The position numbers and the translations under genes are program-made. DNA of 63,078 bases, the filler included, from Corallochytrium limacisporum Hawaii (taxonomy: Eukaryota > Protista > Pluriformea), in assembly GCA_002811645.1 (NCBI GenBank). It is 4 parts of 4 records of this genome, joined end to end, with 100 filler letters (N's around TTAATTAATTAA, not from the genome) between each part and the next. Parts side by side here need not be neighbours in the genome. Positions count along the whole stretch, not along the records: positions 1 to 28,977 come from PDIP01000181.1; 3 more parts are not named here. One strand, written 5' to 3'. The notes under the pieces are model-generated. The model saw nothing but the letters and a program-made list of their open reading frames with translations, was not told where the DNA came from and did no database searches. Each line of letters opens with the position of its first letter. Positions within the stretch are counted from its first letter, which is position 1. This document shows positions 1-11,441 of the stretch, piece after piece.

Positions 1-223
1 TTTGAACTCGGTTGGCGCGAATTTCTCCCTCCCTCCTTATTCCGGTTGATTAAATGTGATTTGGAGCAATATTTCGACGCAGAGGATAGTACGTCGCAAC
101 GGTTATGGGCCGCTGTTCTTTGGGTGTCTGTGGACACCTATTTGGACCTGGCATGTTGTGTTACGGAATCTTTATGCTATTTGGAAGAAGAACGATACAG
201 ATTTTGTACCGAAGGACGTAAGG

Positions 224-847
224 ATGGTAGCAGAGCCGACGTTTACTTGCCAAGGTTGGATTGATAAAAACGAAGCCTTATGGCGGCGTGCTACTGTACA
301 TCCCTTTTTAAGCCAGTGCCAAACGGGTGAGATCAAAGACGTGCAATTCAACACATGGCTTGTACAAGACTATTTGTTTGTCCAAGAATTGACTCGAATG
401 GCTGGACGTGTGTTGTCCAAAGCTCCACTTGATCACCAGGACACCATCCTAAGTGGTCTGGTTGCGTTGAAGGCCGAACTGATTTGGTACCAAGAGAAGG
501 CTGCGGAACGAAATCTGTCCTTAGACGTACCTAGACATCCAACCTGTCAAAAATATGTTGAATTTATGCATAGTCTGCAGGATGCATCATATGACGTTGA
601 AATCATGGCATGGTGGGCCATTGAATACGTCTATAATCAGGCGTGGCAAATTCCTGGGCCCATGAAAGAACCATATACTGAATTTGCCGATCGATGGGGC
701 AATGCTGGCTTTACTGCTTACATTGATCTGGTTCGTGTGCAGGCAGAGTCAGTCTTGAAACCTGAAAACTATGCTGAAGCCGACCGGGCCATGGTGGAGG
801 TGGCGAAGCTGGAGGAACAGTTTTGGGAAATGGCATTCTCTGCCTAA
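224..847 (+). CDS. tenA: TenA/THI-4 family protein (TenA_E type, thiamin salvage)
   Basis: First ATG at 224 (MVAEPTF...) to TAA at 847, 207 aa. Motifs ATVHPFL, WLVQDYLFV, AIEYVY, FADRWGN and E..FWEMA are typical of TenA_E proteins. The ORF-track start at 56 is non-ATG. Confidence 0.9.
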   Translation: MVAEPTFTCQGWIDKNEALWRRATVHPFLSQCQTGEIKDVQFNTWLVQDYLFVQELTRMAGRVLSKAPLDHQDTILSGLVALKAELIWYQEKAAERNLSLDVPRHPTCQKYVEFMHSLQDASYDVEIMAWWAIEYVYNQAWQIPGPMKEPYTEFADRWGNAGFTAYIDLVRVQAESVLKPENYAEADRAMVEVAKLEEQFWEMAFSA

Positions 848-966
848 TAATTCTTCATATATGAACATGCAAGAACAGGGATGCTACCAAATACACAGGA
901 CATTACTACTTTTACTCCAAATGAATGGTTTGGTCATAAAATGCTTTAATAAGTAGGGGAATATTC

Positions 967-3312
967 TCAATGAGTTTCGCCGTCACCTGAACTACTTTCA
1001 TTGTGCTGAGGCACATCTACCACAGAGCCACGGTTGGCATCCTCGTACATGTTCGTGGTGACAGACTTTTTAGTCGAGTTTCGATGCTCGGTCTCATCAG
1101 AAATCGTAGAAATCCTGTGACCGTTTAGGGCCTCAGTAAACTCGTTCAACAGCCGGAAGATACGGACGCCAAGGATGAGCAAGAGTACCACCATCAAGTG
1201 CGCAAGGAACAGAAACAGAGAACCGTAGAAGATCAATTCCGTGCGAGTGTCGGCAATATCAGCACAGAAGTTAATGACTTCGATTCCGCAGGCGAAGGAG
1301 TTCAATCCAAAGATGGACAGATCAAGACACACACTGGAAATGCCAGTAGCGTCAGTGAGGCCACGGCAGGCCTCCACAAAGAGTTTTTGGTCAATGAAAG
1401 CTACAGTGGCCACACCAAACAACATAACGGACAGGAACATTGCGAACAACTCGAAGAAAGCCAGCACGCTATACGTGATGTTCCACGCCTTAAAGTTGTG
1501 GTGAGGTTTAACACTCTTTGACTTCTTCATCCAGTAAAACGTACTGTAGAAGACAATAATGAGCGCAACCAAATCGAGGAAACCAAGAATCGGTAGCAAA
1601 ACAATGAAGAAATTACGAATGGTTTCCCAAACGTTGGAATCCACCAAGTCTTCACCGAGCTCAGTGACATCAATGACACCTGGAATAGCGGTGAAGATGC
1701 CGAATAGCTCGAAAAAGATGATCAGCAGAACCCAGAAGAAATGGATCTTACCTTGTGTGTACCAGAGGACAATCCAGTGGCGCTCAGATTCATTCATATT
1801 CGGCATCTCCATGTCCGAGTGGTAGAATTCACGGAGGACGTTCTCAGCAGTACGCTTCTCATCAGCTGGAAGAACAGCCAGGATGGATATTATGATACCA
1901 GAAATCAAGAGAACCAGGAAACCGATTGCGATATCCCTGAAGACTTCACGATCACGAATGTCGCGGGCCTCGGCAGAGTCTGCGAGAAGTTTTTCACGAT
2001 CTTCTTCTGAAACCTCTACAAAGCCGGGACAGGCCGCATCCTCAACCAAACCACCTGGATGAGGATCATCTGCGGTCAACTGCGATGCCTGACGTTTTGC
2101 ATAAGGACCAGTTGGGCCAGACGAGTCACCCGTGATTGGAAAGATGCTGGTAACAAACTTGCTCAAGTCACCAGCTGGCTTTTCGCCGAGGCCTAAGAAA
2201 TCGAGTATTTGCTGGAAGGTGTCATCTTGGGGACACTCCTCGATTGCAGTGGTTTCATCGTTGAGGCAACTGATGGTTTGGATACCGGTGGGTATAATAG
2301 CACCAAAGCGACCGATCCAAGCGACAAAGTTGAAGGGATCATCTTCAGTAACAGTGCTCGGATCCGGAAGGGCAATCACATTTTCCTGGGTGGGCAGGAA
2401 CCTAGGGCCTTGGTCGGAAGTACGATCAGTCACCCACAAGGCAAGAACACGGCTCAGGACAGGAATCTCAGCATAGATATAGTACTGTTCTCCCACGGTT
2501 GTGTACGTGGCATGGGTAGCTAAAGCTATGTAAACGTTGATGTGGCTCTCATCGGCAGGGTAGCCGTCAGCAAAGTCACATTCGCCGTCCCTGCGGCAGT
2601 CCAAGAATTCACCGTCACCGTGACCAAGAGTAGTGATGCCCTGAACCTCGAGGGTGTCTGGACAGACAACGACTTGCATACTCTCCCAGTCACCCTCATG
2701 GATGCCCAATTGGCACACAATAAAACGAGCAGTGATATACTCATTGTCCTCGTTTATGTAATCCATGGTTTCTCCACCACAACCGTTGTAATTGAACCAG
2801 TAAGTAAACGTGTACACCCAGAAGCCAGTTTCTTCCACTACCGTGAAGTAGACAGGAGCCTGAATCTCACCATCAACTGGTTCCGTGCCATTGTAGCCAG
2901 ACTCTGGTGCGACCATACGGTACGATGCGGCATCAAACAGAGTGACTGCTGGGTTTATAAAGCGCCAAATATCCTCAGGAAGTGACGTTGTGTTCTGGGG
3001 CTCGTCATCTTTGTAGATGGTGGCGGTAGTCAAAAATTCTTGAACGTCAGTCATGTGGTACGGCTCAGCAGGGTGCTCGTGAAGGATGGGTGCGAATTTG
3101 TAGGCGATTTCCCTAGCATCATCCAATGTTCGGTCAGAATCGCCACATACGAACGGGCTGTTCTCTGGATCATACGTGTTCGGGTTTGTGAACTGACCAC
3201 CAATGGCACCTGTTTCTGGGTTGGGCTCACAAATTCTTTGGTTTGCAACCTGCGCTGCACCGTACGCAGAACCCATCAGGGCAAAGGTGCTGATCAGGAA
3301 CTTTGCCAGCAT
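967..3312 (-). CDS. Signal peptide + Vps62-like luminal domain + multi-pass membrane C-terminus (proteolipid M6/PLP-like)
   Basis: ATG at 3312 gives a signal peptide (MLAKFLISTFALMGSAYGA). Vps62-like motifs: FAPILHEHP.E.Y, YWFNYNG, HEGDWE, VYIALATHATY and W.GRFG. About 5 hydrophobic helices follow in the C-terminal third. Confidence 0.8.
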   Translation of the reverse strand: MLAKFLISTFALMGSAYGAAQVANQRICEPNPETGAIGGQFTNPNTYDPENSPFVCGDSDRTLDDAREIAYKFAPILHEHPAEPYHMTDVQEFLTTATIYKDDEPQNTTSLPEDIWRFINPAVTLFDAASYRMVAPESGYNGTEPVDGEIQAPVYFTVVEETGFWVYTFTYWFNYNGCGGETMDYINEDNEYITARFIVCQLGIHEGDWESMQVVVCPDTLEVQGITTLGHGDGEFLDCRRDGECDFADGYPADESHINVYIALATHATYTTVGEQYYIYAEIPVLSRVLALWVTDRTSDQGPRFLPTQENVIALPDPSTVTEDDPFNFVAWIGRFGAIIPTGIQTISCLNDETTAIEECPQDDTFQQILDFLGLGEKPAGDLSKFVTSIFPITGDSSGPTGPYAKRQASQLTADDPHPGGLVEDAACPGFVEVSEEDREKLLADSAEARDIRDREVFRDIAIGFLVLLISGIIISILAVLPADEKRTAENVLREFYHSDMEMPNMNESERHWIVLWYTQGKIHFFWVLLIIFFELFGIFTAIPGVIDVTELGEDLVDSNVWETIRNFFIVLLPILGFLDLVALIIVFYSTFYWMKKSKSVKPHHNFKAWNITYSVLAFFELFAMFLSVMLFGVATVAFIDQKLFVEACRGLTDATGISSVCLDLSIFGLNSFACGIEVINFCADIADTRTELIFYGSLFLFLAHLMVVLLLILGVRIFRLLNEFTEALNGHRISTISDETEHRNSTKKSVTTNMYEDANRGSVVDVPQHNESSSGDGETH

Positions 3313-6300
3313 GGTCGGGTTGGATAACAATTCACCGGATACCCAATACTGTGGAACACTGATTAGTTTTGTTAGGCACAGGTATTCTCCGAGTTCTTTC
3401 TGGAAGTACCTTGAAGGTTAGGAGCATATGTAGTCGGCAGTCCGATGGGTGGGCAATCTTTTCGTTGTCCGGATTGTTGTGAAAGTACAAGTGACTCCGA
3501 ATATTCAATTTCACTCATCTCAACAGTGTGAAGCATCCATCAGGGGCGCCTTGACGTCGCTGGCGAGAATATCGTAGTCGCAACTAACTGTCTAGTAGGC
3601 GCAAAACGGATTGTGTGCCAGGTCGTTTTTCCCCGCAAACCTTCTCTCCCGGCTCAAACTGAGATCAGCCATATTGCATGCCATACCTATTTTTCAATAA
3701 ATTGGTCCACTAATTTAATATATGAAGGAGTGCGCTACTTTGAGGCTGTGTATCTACGACATATGAAGATAAAAGCCAATCTGCATTCCATGATCCGTCC
3801 ACCTTTTCTCCCCTGCCGTTTCCCAGATCTGTCGAGATCTCACCGTTTAGGTGGACTTTTGTGAGCACTTGCAAAGTCCCTTGTGCCTGTGACCGGCACC
3901 TCCGTTTCCAGTCGGACTGCGGTTTTGTACAGATTTGTCCCAACTTAAGTTGGAATCCGGACCAATCCTTCGCCGAAAGGGCAAGCGGCCAAACACTCAA
4001 CATTCCGCGACGGAAACCCTCAAGTTGTCACCACACGTCGAGTATTCTATAGTGTGTAACTGCACGGTTTGCTGCTGAATGGATTGTTGGACGTATTTAA
4101 TGGGTGGGATGCTAGGGGCACCGGGGGGGGCATGAGAACTGGGGAGGACACGAAGAATGCTACACCCAAGCCGGAGGAAACAGAGAATATAACCCACAGA
4201 GTGTTCACGTCAATCAGGTGGACGCGCATTAGATACTAGATATCGCCATGTTTTGCAATATCAATTACACCAGCCGATTCCTGTCAACCCCGACTTCAAC
4301 AACGGAAATCGAAGTCTCATCCATTTTTTGTTCTGCTGTTCGGCCAATTCTGGACTCACCATTTCGCGGTAGAAACAATGGAACAATTCCGCTCAGAGTT
4401 CTTGGTGACACCCGAAGACGTCCAAACGGGAACTAGTGGGGAATAAGAACGCTCACCCGGGCTTGCCAGTGCACAAAATGTCCAAATACTGTACCACTAA
4501 AATGAAATATTATCAACTTTAGACTGCAAAACCTGTCCGGCAGCACCGTTCGCGCGAGGAAAGGAAGAGCTGCGGAAGGGTACAAGCCATTTTGTGTGGG
4601 GCTGACGTATCATGATCACTGCCACCAATTTATCTTTTACCGTTATACCTGGTGGTAACAGGGTCCCCGACCGAATCCATGCTACGGTATCGTCAAGAGC
4701 CGAAGAGCAATATTTTACAAGCCACGCGAGCGTTATGCGACAGTATCATCATCGGTTCGCATGGTGATGAATTGTCAAACAGTTAATCTTATTCATCAGT
4801 CTACATGGGTGTGTCTCATCAGCAATGAAGAGACCCTCAACTCCATAGAATTCCAATTGCTGGTGGCAGGCCACTGCAGCATCTTTCTTCGCAGCCCATG
4901 AAGCGACCTACAAATCCCAAGAGAGTTTTTCACACTCTACGACCCGTTCGTTCTAGCCTATGGAACAAAGTGTAGGGGTGGGGAACCAGTGGACCTCAAG
5001 ACAGGGAAGACTGACCTGAACGAAATCCTGATATCCTACGGTCCGCGAATCGAAATAGCAATGAAAGGCTCAGAGTACCAGTAGAATTTCAGTCATCCAA
5101 AAAGTTCTGGATAGCCCCTGCCCCTCCTGCTTCGGCCCGACCCAGGCCAAAGTGTTCCTTTTACCGAATGCTACACGCAGTTGGACCCGGCAGACCAAAG
5201 GACTGCCTTCCATCCTGAGTTATGCGACGATCTTGCGGGATTCTCCCGTTCTAAGGCATTGAGAAAATTGGCATTGGTCCCTTAGTAATGTAGAAGATGT
5301 GCTAGTTGGGAAAGGATCTGAATTCTTATTGTGAAGAAACGGATCTAAAAGAATAAGAACTAATGATGAGGTGTGAAGAATTGGGCCCCACACAACAGTC
5401 CCCAGCACACAGGAATGTTGGCCATCGCGGTATTTGCGTACTTAAGCTGAAATGTCCTTTGCACCGACAGGGCCGCTAGACTGGCGCAAAGCCAGTGGTA
5501 CACTGCCTAGTATGTGTTGGATACAACGGCGCGAGTTTCCAGGCGTACTATGTTGTTTTGTAGTTTGTAAGTAACTAATCTCTTAGTAGCGAAATGAAAT
5601 TGTGTCATATTATTTGCAGGCCAGTTGACAGACCAAAAGACCAGTGAATGGCAAAGGGCGCTACACCCCGAGACGGACATGTGTGCAGTATAAGTGGTTC
5701 GATATGACTTCTCTGAATTCCCTACCGTTTGACCTGCAGTACTTCAACATCGAGTTGACTGCATGCAGCCTTATATTGTGTACCTGATGCATCATTGAGT
5801 GCGGCTCGCTGGATGATGCGAACGAGTGCGAGACTTAGGTTACGCCATCCATTCTTATCCGCTCGGTGGAACAGGTTCCCCCTGATTGCTAGTGGCTCTG
5901 AAGTTCTACAGCTGGGTATCCGAATATTTGCCATGCATAAGACTAGAGCATTGGGCCAGCAGTCTTGCCAACATCGATCATCGCGTGACACTCAAAACAG
6001 TTTGCAGGGTTCTTAGTGAATTCTGCATTGTACATTGGACCCTCTAGCGCCTCGATGCATTGCAAAGGGTAGAAAACTAGATCTCGTATCCCTTCGACAG
6101 TTTGAGCGGGTAAGGAACCTGGAGAGGGGCGGCAGCGGATACAGCAGAAACATGTTGCGGAGTAAGCCAACTCGATTGTCGCCCACTTTCGAAGGCCACA
6201 ACTTCGTTTCATACCGAATGTTTTGGTTCTTGGTGCCCATCTCTGTGCATAGGGATTAGTAGGTGTCCCTCTACCGGCGTCTTAGTCAGTATGGATGATT

Positions 6301-7011
6301 TCGGGGCCTGATTGCTCTCTTCACCGGTCCGGACAACGATGAACCCTGCCAGCCACGTCCGAGGCATCAAGGTCAACTAACGTTGCTGAGTTGGGTGCTT
6401 AGTCAACACTTACACAAGTTCTTCACTTCATACATGACAAGTCGAAAATCAGATCGTTATGGTTGTTCAGTACACGGAGTGGTCCTAACTGCCCGCTTGT
6501 GAGCTCATAATCATCAGCACTGACGGCTCCGGAGACTGGATCGACGGCTATTGTAGCGACGTCAAAGTCTTCTGGCCCCGCTCGTTTTCTGACTTGGGGG
6601 TTGGTCTCTGCCCGGTAGGGTGGTCGGTCATCAATCCATGATAACGACTATATTCGGTTTTCAGTTCACCAACGGGCTGGGGCGCTGTTGGGAAATCCCC
6701 CCGCAGCAGCCAGGCAAGTGTATCACAGGGCTCCTTCTCGAAGCAGTTCGACGAAAGTCATTGGTCCGTAACGCACACTATGAGTAGGTGACTGTGGGTA
6801 GTTTCATAGGGCGCGACTCGGGCTTCTGTGGGAATCCGACAGTGAGAATCAATGTCAAGAGCGGCTGGATTTCCGAGACTAACCACAGTTGAAGAGATAT
6901 TTGATAGAACAATGTCAGCAAATAAATCACTGCGTCGGCTTTGTCCCTTCATCTCAATGCACTCAGTCATACTTAGCTTAGGGGGACCTGGAAACACAAC
7001 CACACAGCGCA

Positions 7012-8103
7012 ATGGCGGATTCGTATGACCACAATGCACCCATGACGGACGATAGTTCCGATGAGGAAGACGTGCCCATACCCACAGGTGCATTTGCGAA
7101 CATCAATCCCAATTCGAAGCCTACAAAAGCAATGGCAGAAGCCATGGCAGCTCGGGCAGCAGCTGAAGGTGGACAGCCAAGTGGCAATGGATTCCCGAGT
7201 ACGACGCATGAGCTACCAGCGGAAGAGCCGGCCCCCCTTGATCCGGAGGCGACGGAGCTTGACCTTACCCACTACCGTCTGCGGTCCATTGAAGGCCTGG
7301 GTCCCATGGTCAAACTGAGGTACCTTTGCCTGCGTCAGAACCTCATTGGAAAGATGGAAGGATTGGACACACTTGAAAATTTGGAGGAACTGGATTTGTA
7401 TGACAACATTATCGAAGAGATTGAGGGCTTGGCCCGGTTAGTACAGCTGACTAATCTGGATATTAGTTACAATAAGGTGCGCAAGATCAAGAACGTGGGC
7501 CATTTGGTGAAGCTAACGAAGTTGATGCTCGCAAACAACAAGATCACTGCGATCACTGATCTTGAGAATCTCGAAGAGCTGCACATTCTAGAGTTGGGTG
7601 CCAATCGCATCCGTGAGATACCAGAGACCTTAGGCAAACTGGCAAAGTTGGAAGAGCTGTATCTCGGCAAGAACAAGCTCCGTAGTATGAAACCTGTGTA
7701 TCAGTTCCCTAATCTGCGCATAATTAGCATCCAAAGCAATCGCATGGTCAAAATTGAGGGCCTAGAGAACCTGAGGGGCTTGCGAGAGCTGTATATCAGC
7801 CACAATGGTATTGCTACGATCTCTGGGCTTGAGGGCTGTCCAGAGTTAGAAGTACTCGATGTGAGCAACAACATGATTACGCAATTGGACGGCTTGGGAC
7901 ACCTGAAACGACTCAAGGAACTTTGGTGCAATGACTGCAAAATTGAAGACTGGAAGGAGGTGGAGAAGCTGACCGAACTATCCGCTCTAGAGACTGTGTA
8001 TTTGGAGCGCAACCCCATCTATCGTGACCCCGGCTATCGTCGGAAGGTGCTTTTGACCCTGCCGAATTTAAAGCAGATCGATGCCACCTTAACCCGTGTA
8101 TGA
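7012..8103 (+). CDS. SDS22: Protein phosphatase 1 regulatory subunit 7 (Sds22)
   Basis: Acidic N-terminus, about 11 SDS22-type LRRs (LEELDLYDNII, LELGANRIREI, LEELYLGKNK) and an LRR cap (LETVYLERNPI...YRRKV...LKQIDAT). Confidence 0.95.
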   Translation: MADSYDHNAPMTDDSSDEEDVPIPTGAFANINPNSKPTKAMAEAMAARAAAEGGQPSGNGFPSTTHELPAEEPAPLDPEATELDLTHYRLRSIEGLGPMVKLRYLCLRQNLIGKMEGLDTLENLEELDLYDNIIEEIEGLARLVQLTNLDISYNKVRKIKNVGHLVKLTKLMLANNKITAITDLENLEELHILELGANRIREIPETLGKLAKLEELYLGKNKLRSMKPVYQFPNLRIISIQSNRMVKIEGLENLRGLRELYISHNGIATISGLEGCPELEVLDVSNNMITQLDGLGHLKRLKELWCNDCKIEDWKEVEKLTELSALETVYLERNPIYRDPGYRRKVLLTLPNLKQIDATLTRV

Positions 8104-8219
8104 GGATTTGTTTAAGTGTGTACATTTTGAGAAAATAGAGAGGAATTCGTAACATACGCAAACACTCATGCAAGCATTGTTGGGAAGCGAGCCCACAGTT
8201 TAATTCAAGCGGTTTCAGC

Positions 8220-8519
8220 TTAGGCCACCAGCTCCTTGAGCTTGCCACTATTGTTCAGGGCCATGGTGTCATCGCAGCCACCGATGTGCTGTCCCTTAAT
8301 GTAGACATTTGGAACGGTACGCTGTCCGCTGATGCGCTCGAGCTCATTCTGCATCTCCGTACCCTCGGGTTCTTGATCCATCTCTACCACGCCGTACGCT
8401 ACACCAAGCTGGTCGAAGAGGGCCTTGACCTTCTTACAGAAAGGACAATAGGACTTGGAGAAGATCATGACCTTATTGGACTCGATCTTGCCCTTAATGA
8501 TCGCATTGAGGTCAGCCAT
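8220..8519 (-). CDS. GRX: Dithiol glutaredoxin (CPFC)
   Basis: FSKSYCPFC active site with TVPNV and IGGCDD motifs, 99 aa. Confidence 0.95.
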   Translation of the reverse strand: MADLNAIIKGKIESNKVMIFSKSYCPFCKKVKALFDQLGVAYGVVEMDQEPEGTEMQNELERISGQRTVPNVYIKGQHIGGCDDTMALNNSGKLKELVA

Positions 8520-10055
8520 GGTTTCTGCTCAGTACAAACGTGTTATTGGTCATACAACCTTAGAACTTATTGTCATAAACCCTTGCTGCGCGACAGGCAC
8601 GCCGATCTTAAATACCTGCAGGTCATTCTTGATTTTCTCTCCACTTACGTCTCGTGTGTCAAGACTAGTGGACACCAACTCCAGCTGCCTTCCTGCTCCA
8701 GTATCGACCACACACGTAATCCCCAACTTGTTACCTGAAGAATCCCCCGACCCGTGAGCCGCTGCTAGCTAATGATCCGGCCTGCGCACCCTTACTGTAT
8801 GCCCTCACTTCTCTCCGGTTTCGTTACCGACAAAGCAAAAATTGCGGAATTTGCGCCGGGATTACTCGTAATGTCACAAAGCAGTCCCTTCTATGGCAGC
8901 ACACACCATTAGAATAACATTGGCCGCCACCCCGCCCTCGAGGTTCAATACTGTGCCATCAAACACCCCCACAAAGGATGCATTTACCTGTCCCGCTCCT
9001 GTTTTCTAAACACAAGTACGAGAGGATCGGTGCAGGGTAGTGGCAGCAGTCTCTATCAATGTTTTTCCTTCACTCTTCCCGGCAAAGATTCTTGCTCCCT
9101 CGTCGGGATGTTCTGGAAGGGGTATTGTATATACTGAAATATTTGAAGACTAACAGCATACTCGGTGAAAGTAGCCTGTCTAATATGTTCAAAATTATTT
9201 TCATATACTGACACTTTTGAATTAAACTCGCATGGGGCCAGGAGGAGGCCACCCCGTTTCGATGGTCACGATCGGAAAAAAAAAAATAGGGCACGCCCGA
9301 AGCACAACCCTCTCTTGCATACCATGATATGGGCTTTGTACACTTGTTCACATCTGCGCCGTGCTTTCTATGCCGAGACTAGCCCCTGAACCGGTACGGA
9401 TTTGATCGTTTTATGAGATAAAACCCACCTATGGGTACGGAATGCAGGTGGTACAGCAGGACAAGCCGGGTTAACCCATCTCCCTTCCCGTTACCGTTTA
9501 CGATGATACCCACCGCATTCAGGCCAGTGTGCCTATCTTGCAGTGGCCCACCCCCACCAGCACCGCGGCACCGCTTCCCCTTTGGTGTTTTTTCCGTTTC
9601 CCGCCGCCCCTTCCACCGCCAAACGAGCGGAGCGTGTGTCGGCTTGCGTTTAAAGGTGCTCGCAGAGCTCAGTACTGTAGGTAGCAATTTTCTGCACTGC
9701 TCAATGGGCCCATTGGTGGTGAGGAGTATACACACCTGCAGGATAAGTCCGGCGGGCGCACTCCACTTGATGATCAGTGTGAGTCACCGAGGAATATTTT
9801 CCGCAAGTGCGTGCGTGCGTGCGTGCGTGTAGACTAACTTTGGGTGAGGATAACGGGTTACAATCCAAGCAAGCAATGGCAGTGTTCAAAATGGTATACG
9901 CCTATAGTAGATGGGATGTTATGAAGAATGATGCTTTGAATGGACACAAGTCATGGACACAGACGGGCTGCCAAATTGCCATCGTGTGGTGCTGGAAAGA
10001 AGTGAACATGGTAAAGCTGCTGCTTTCTGCTTTTCTAGATCCGACGACCTTACGC

Positions 10056-11441
10056 TCAATAGACACTCTCAGTGACGGTGGAGGATGCTTGGTAGGGACC
10101 TTCGTCCTCCTCGTTCTCGTCGATCTGAACACTGGGCGGATCCCGCGCTCCCGATGACCGTGCTGACTCTTCTGCAACCGATGAATGTCCTTGGTAGGTG
10201 GGCTCGATGCTGTCCTGTCCCTGGTATGTGGGCTCCACACTGCTGGCAGCAACTTCGCTCTGGTAAACGTAACTGGATTCGTAGGTGGGTTCGATCTGCT
10301 CAGGGTCGGGGACACCGTAGCCATAGGCGAAGCGAGTGTTGCGAGAAGTGCCACGGCTGACAGTGGCTTGACCGTTGGGATTCTGAATAGTGGGCAATTT
10401 GATGGTCGGGGGCTTGGGCATGCGGCGGCCTTCATAGAACATGAACCACATGCGGACTACCAAGGAGCCCCAAGCGAGCCACCCGAAGACGGCACCGGTG
10501 GTCAGACCGGGATGGGATGTAACCAAGCCCTGACCAGCAATAAAGATACCGTCATCGTTGGCTTCAGCGACCGAATGCGTGAATGCAATATTGATCCCGA
10601 CCAGGAGAAGCACAGCCAGAGTACTGCCCGCAAAATCCATCAAAGCAATGACCCGATTGAAAGTGAAGCGACCGTAGAAGATATAAGCAACCAGCATGGC
10701 GAAAGCAATGACGTTCAGGCTGATGGCCAGACCGACGAATGCGGGGAATTCCGGGGTAAACACCGCGTACGAAGGGTAGTTGCTCGACTGCACCACAGCC
10801 ACCCAAGCAGCAAAGATTAGCGCCGAAAAGACACCCAGCAGAATCACACGGGGGTGCTTTAGGGCCATGACCTCCAGTTGCGGACGAGGCACCATGGGTA
10901 CGATCACCTCGCCCTCGGCCTCAACACCAAGCGCGAGGTTAGATTGGGGAATGGGAATCTTGACTGCTTGCTCAGACTCTCCTCTCTCTTCCCTGCCTCC
11001 CTGGGAACTCTCTGACTGAACCTCACTGCGGCTCCCGCGGCTACCGGTCTCGACATTCAGAGCGGGGGCACCGGTTGCGGGGCTTTGTTGGCGAGAGTGG
11101 CGGCTCTGAGACTGAGAGCCATGGGAAGGCGTGCGTCTTGAGCTTGGACCAGAGCCACTGGCGGCAGCCTCGTCCAAAGGAGGGATCTCGGGCAGCTTGC
11201 GCGGTTTCTCGTACAGGCCGTCGGGGTCGCTGGGACGGCTCTCGTTCCTTTGCGCCAGGGGATGGTCCTCAATGATTTCCTCACCCTCCTCCATCTTCTC
11301 CTCCTTGCTGGGCGTTGGGCTCAGGTTAGAGTACATGTCGGCAGTATCCTTTTCTTGGCCCTTGTCCTCGGAGGGTGCCGGTTTAGTCTCCGCCTTGGAG
11401 TCCTCGGGTAGGACGTTATCGTAGTGATTCTCCTTGGCCAT
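10056..11441 (-). CDS. Four-TM (MARVEL/CASP-like) membrane protein with long, disordered, Tyr-motif-rich tails
   Basis: 461-aa ATG ORF with four hydrophobic segments (about aa 198-335) ending GAVFGWLAWGSLVVRMWF. Low-complexity S/E/P-rich termini. Confidence 0.75.
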   Translation of the reverse strand: MAKENHYDNVLPEDSKAETKPAPSEDKGQEKDTADMYSNLSPTPSKEEKMEEGEEIIEDHPLAQRNESRPSDPDGLYEKPRKLPEIPPLDEAAASGSGPSSRRTPSHGSQSQSRHSRQQSPATGAPALNVETGSRGSRSEVQSESSQGGREERGESEQAVKIPIPQSNLALGVEAEGEVIVPMVPRPQLEVMALKHPRVILLGVFSALIFAAWVAVVQSSNYPSYAVFTPEFPAFVGLAISLNVIAFAMLVAYIFYGRFTFNRVIALMDFAGSTLAVLLLVGINIAFTHSVAEANDDGIFIAGQGLVTSHPGLTTGAVFGWLAWGSLVVRMWFMFYEGRRMPKPPTIKLPTIQNPNGQATVSRGTSRNTRFAYGYGVPDPEQIEPTYESSYVYQSEVAASSVEPTYQGQDSIEPTYQGHSSVAEESARSSGARDPPSVQIDENEEDEGPYQASSTVTESVY

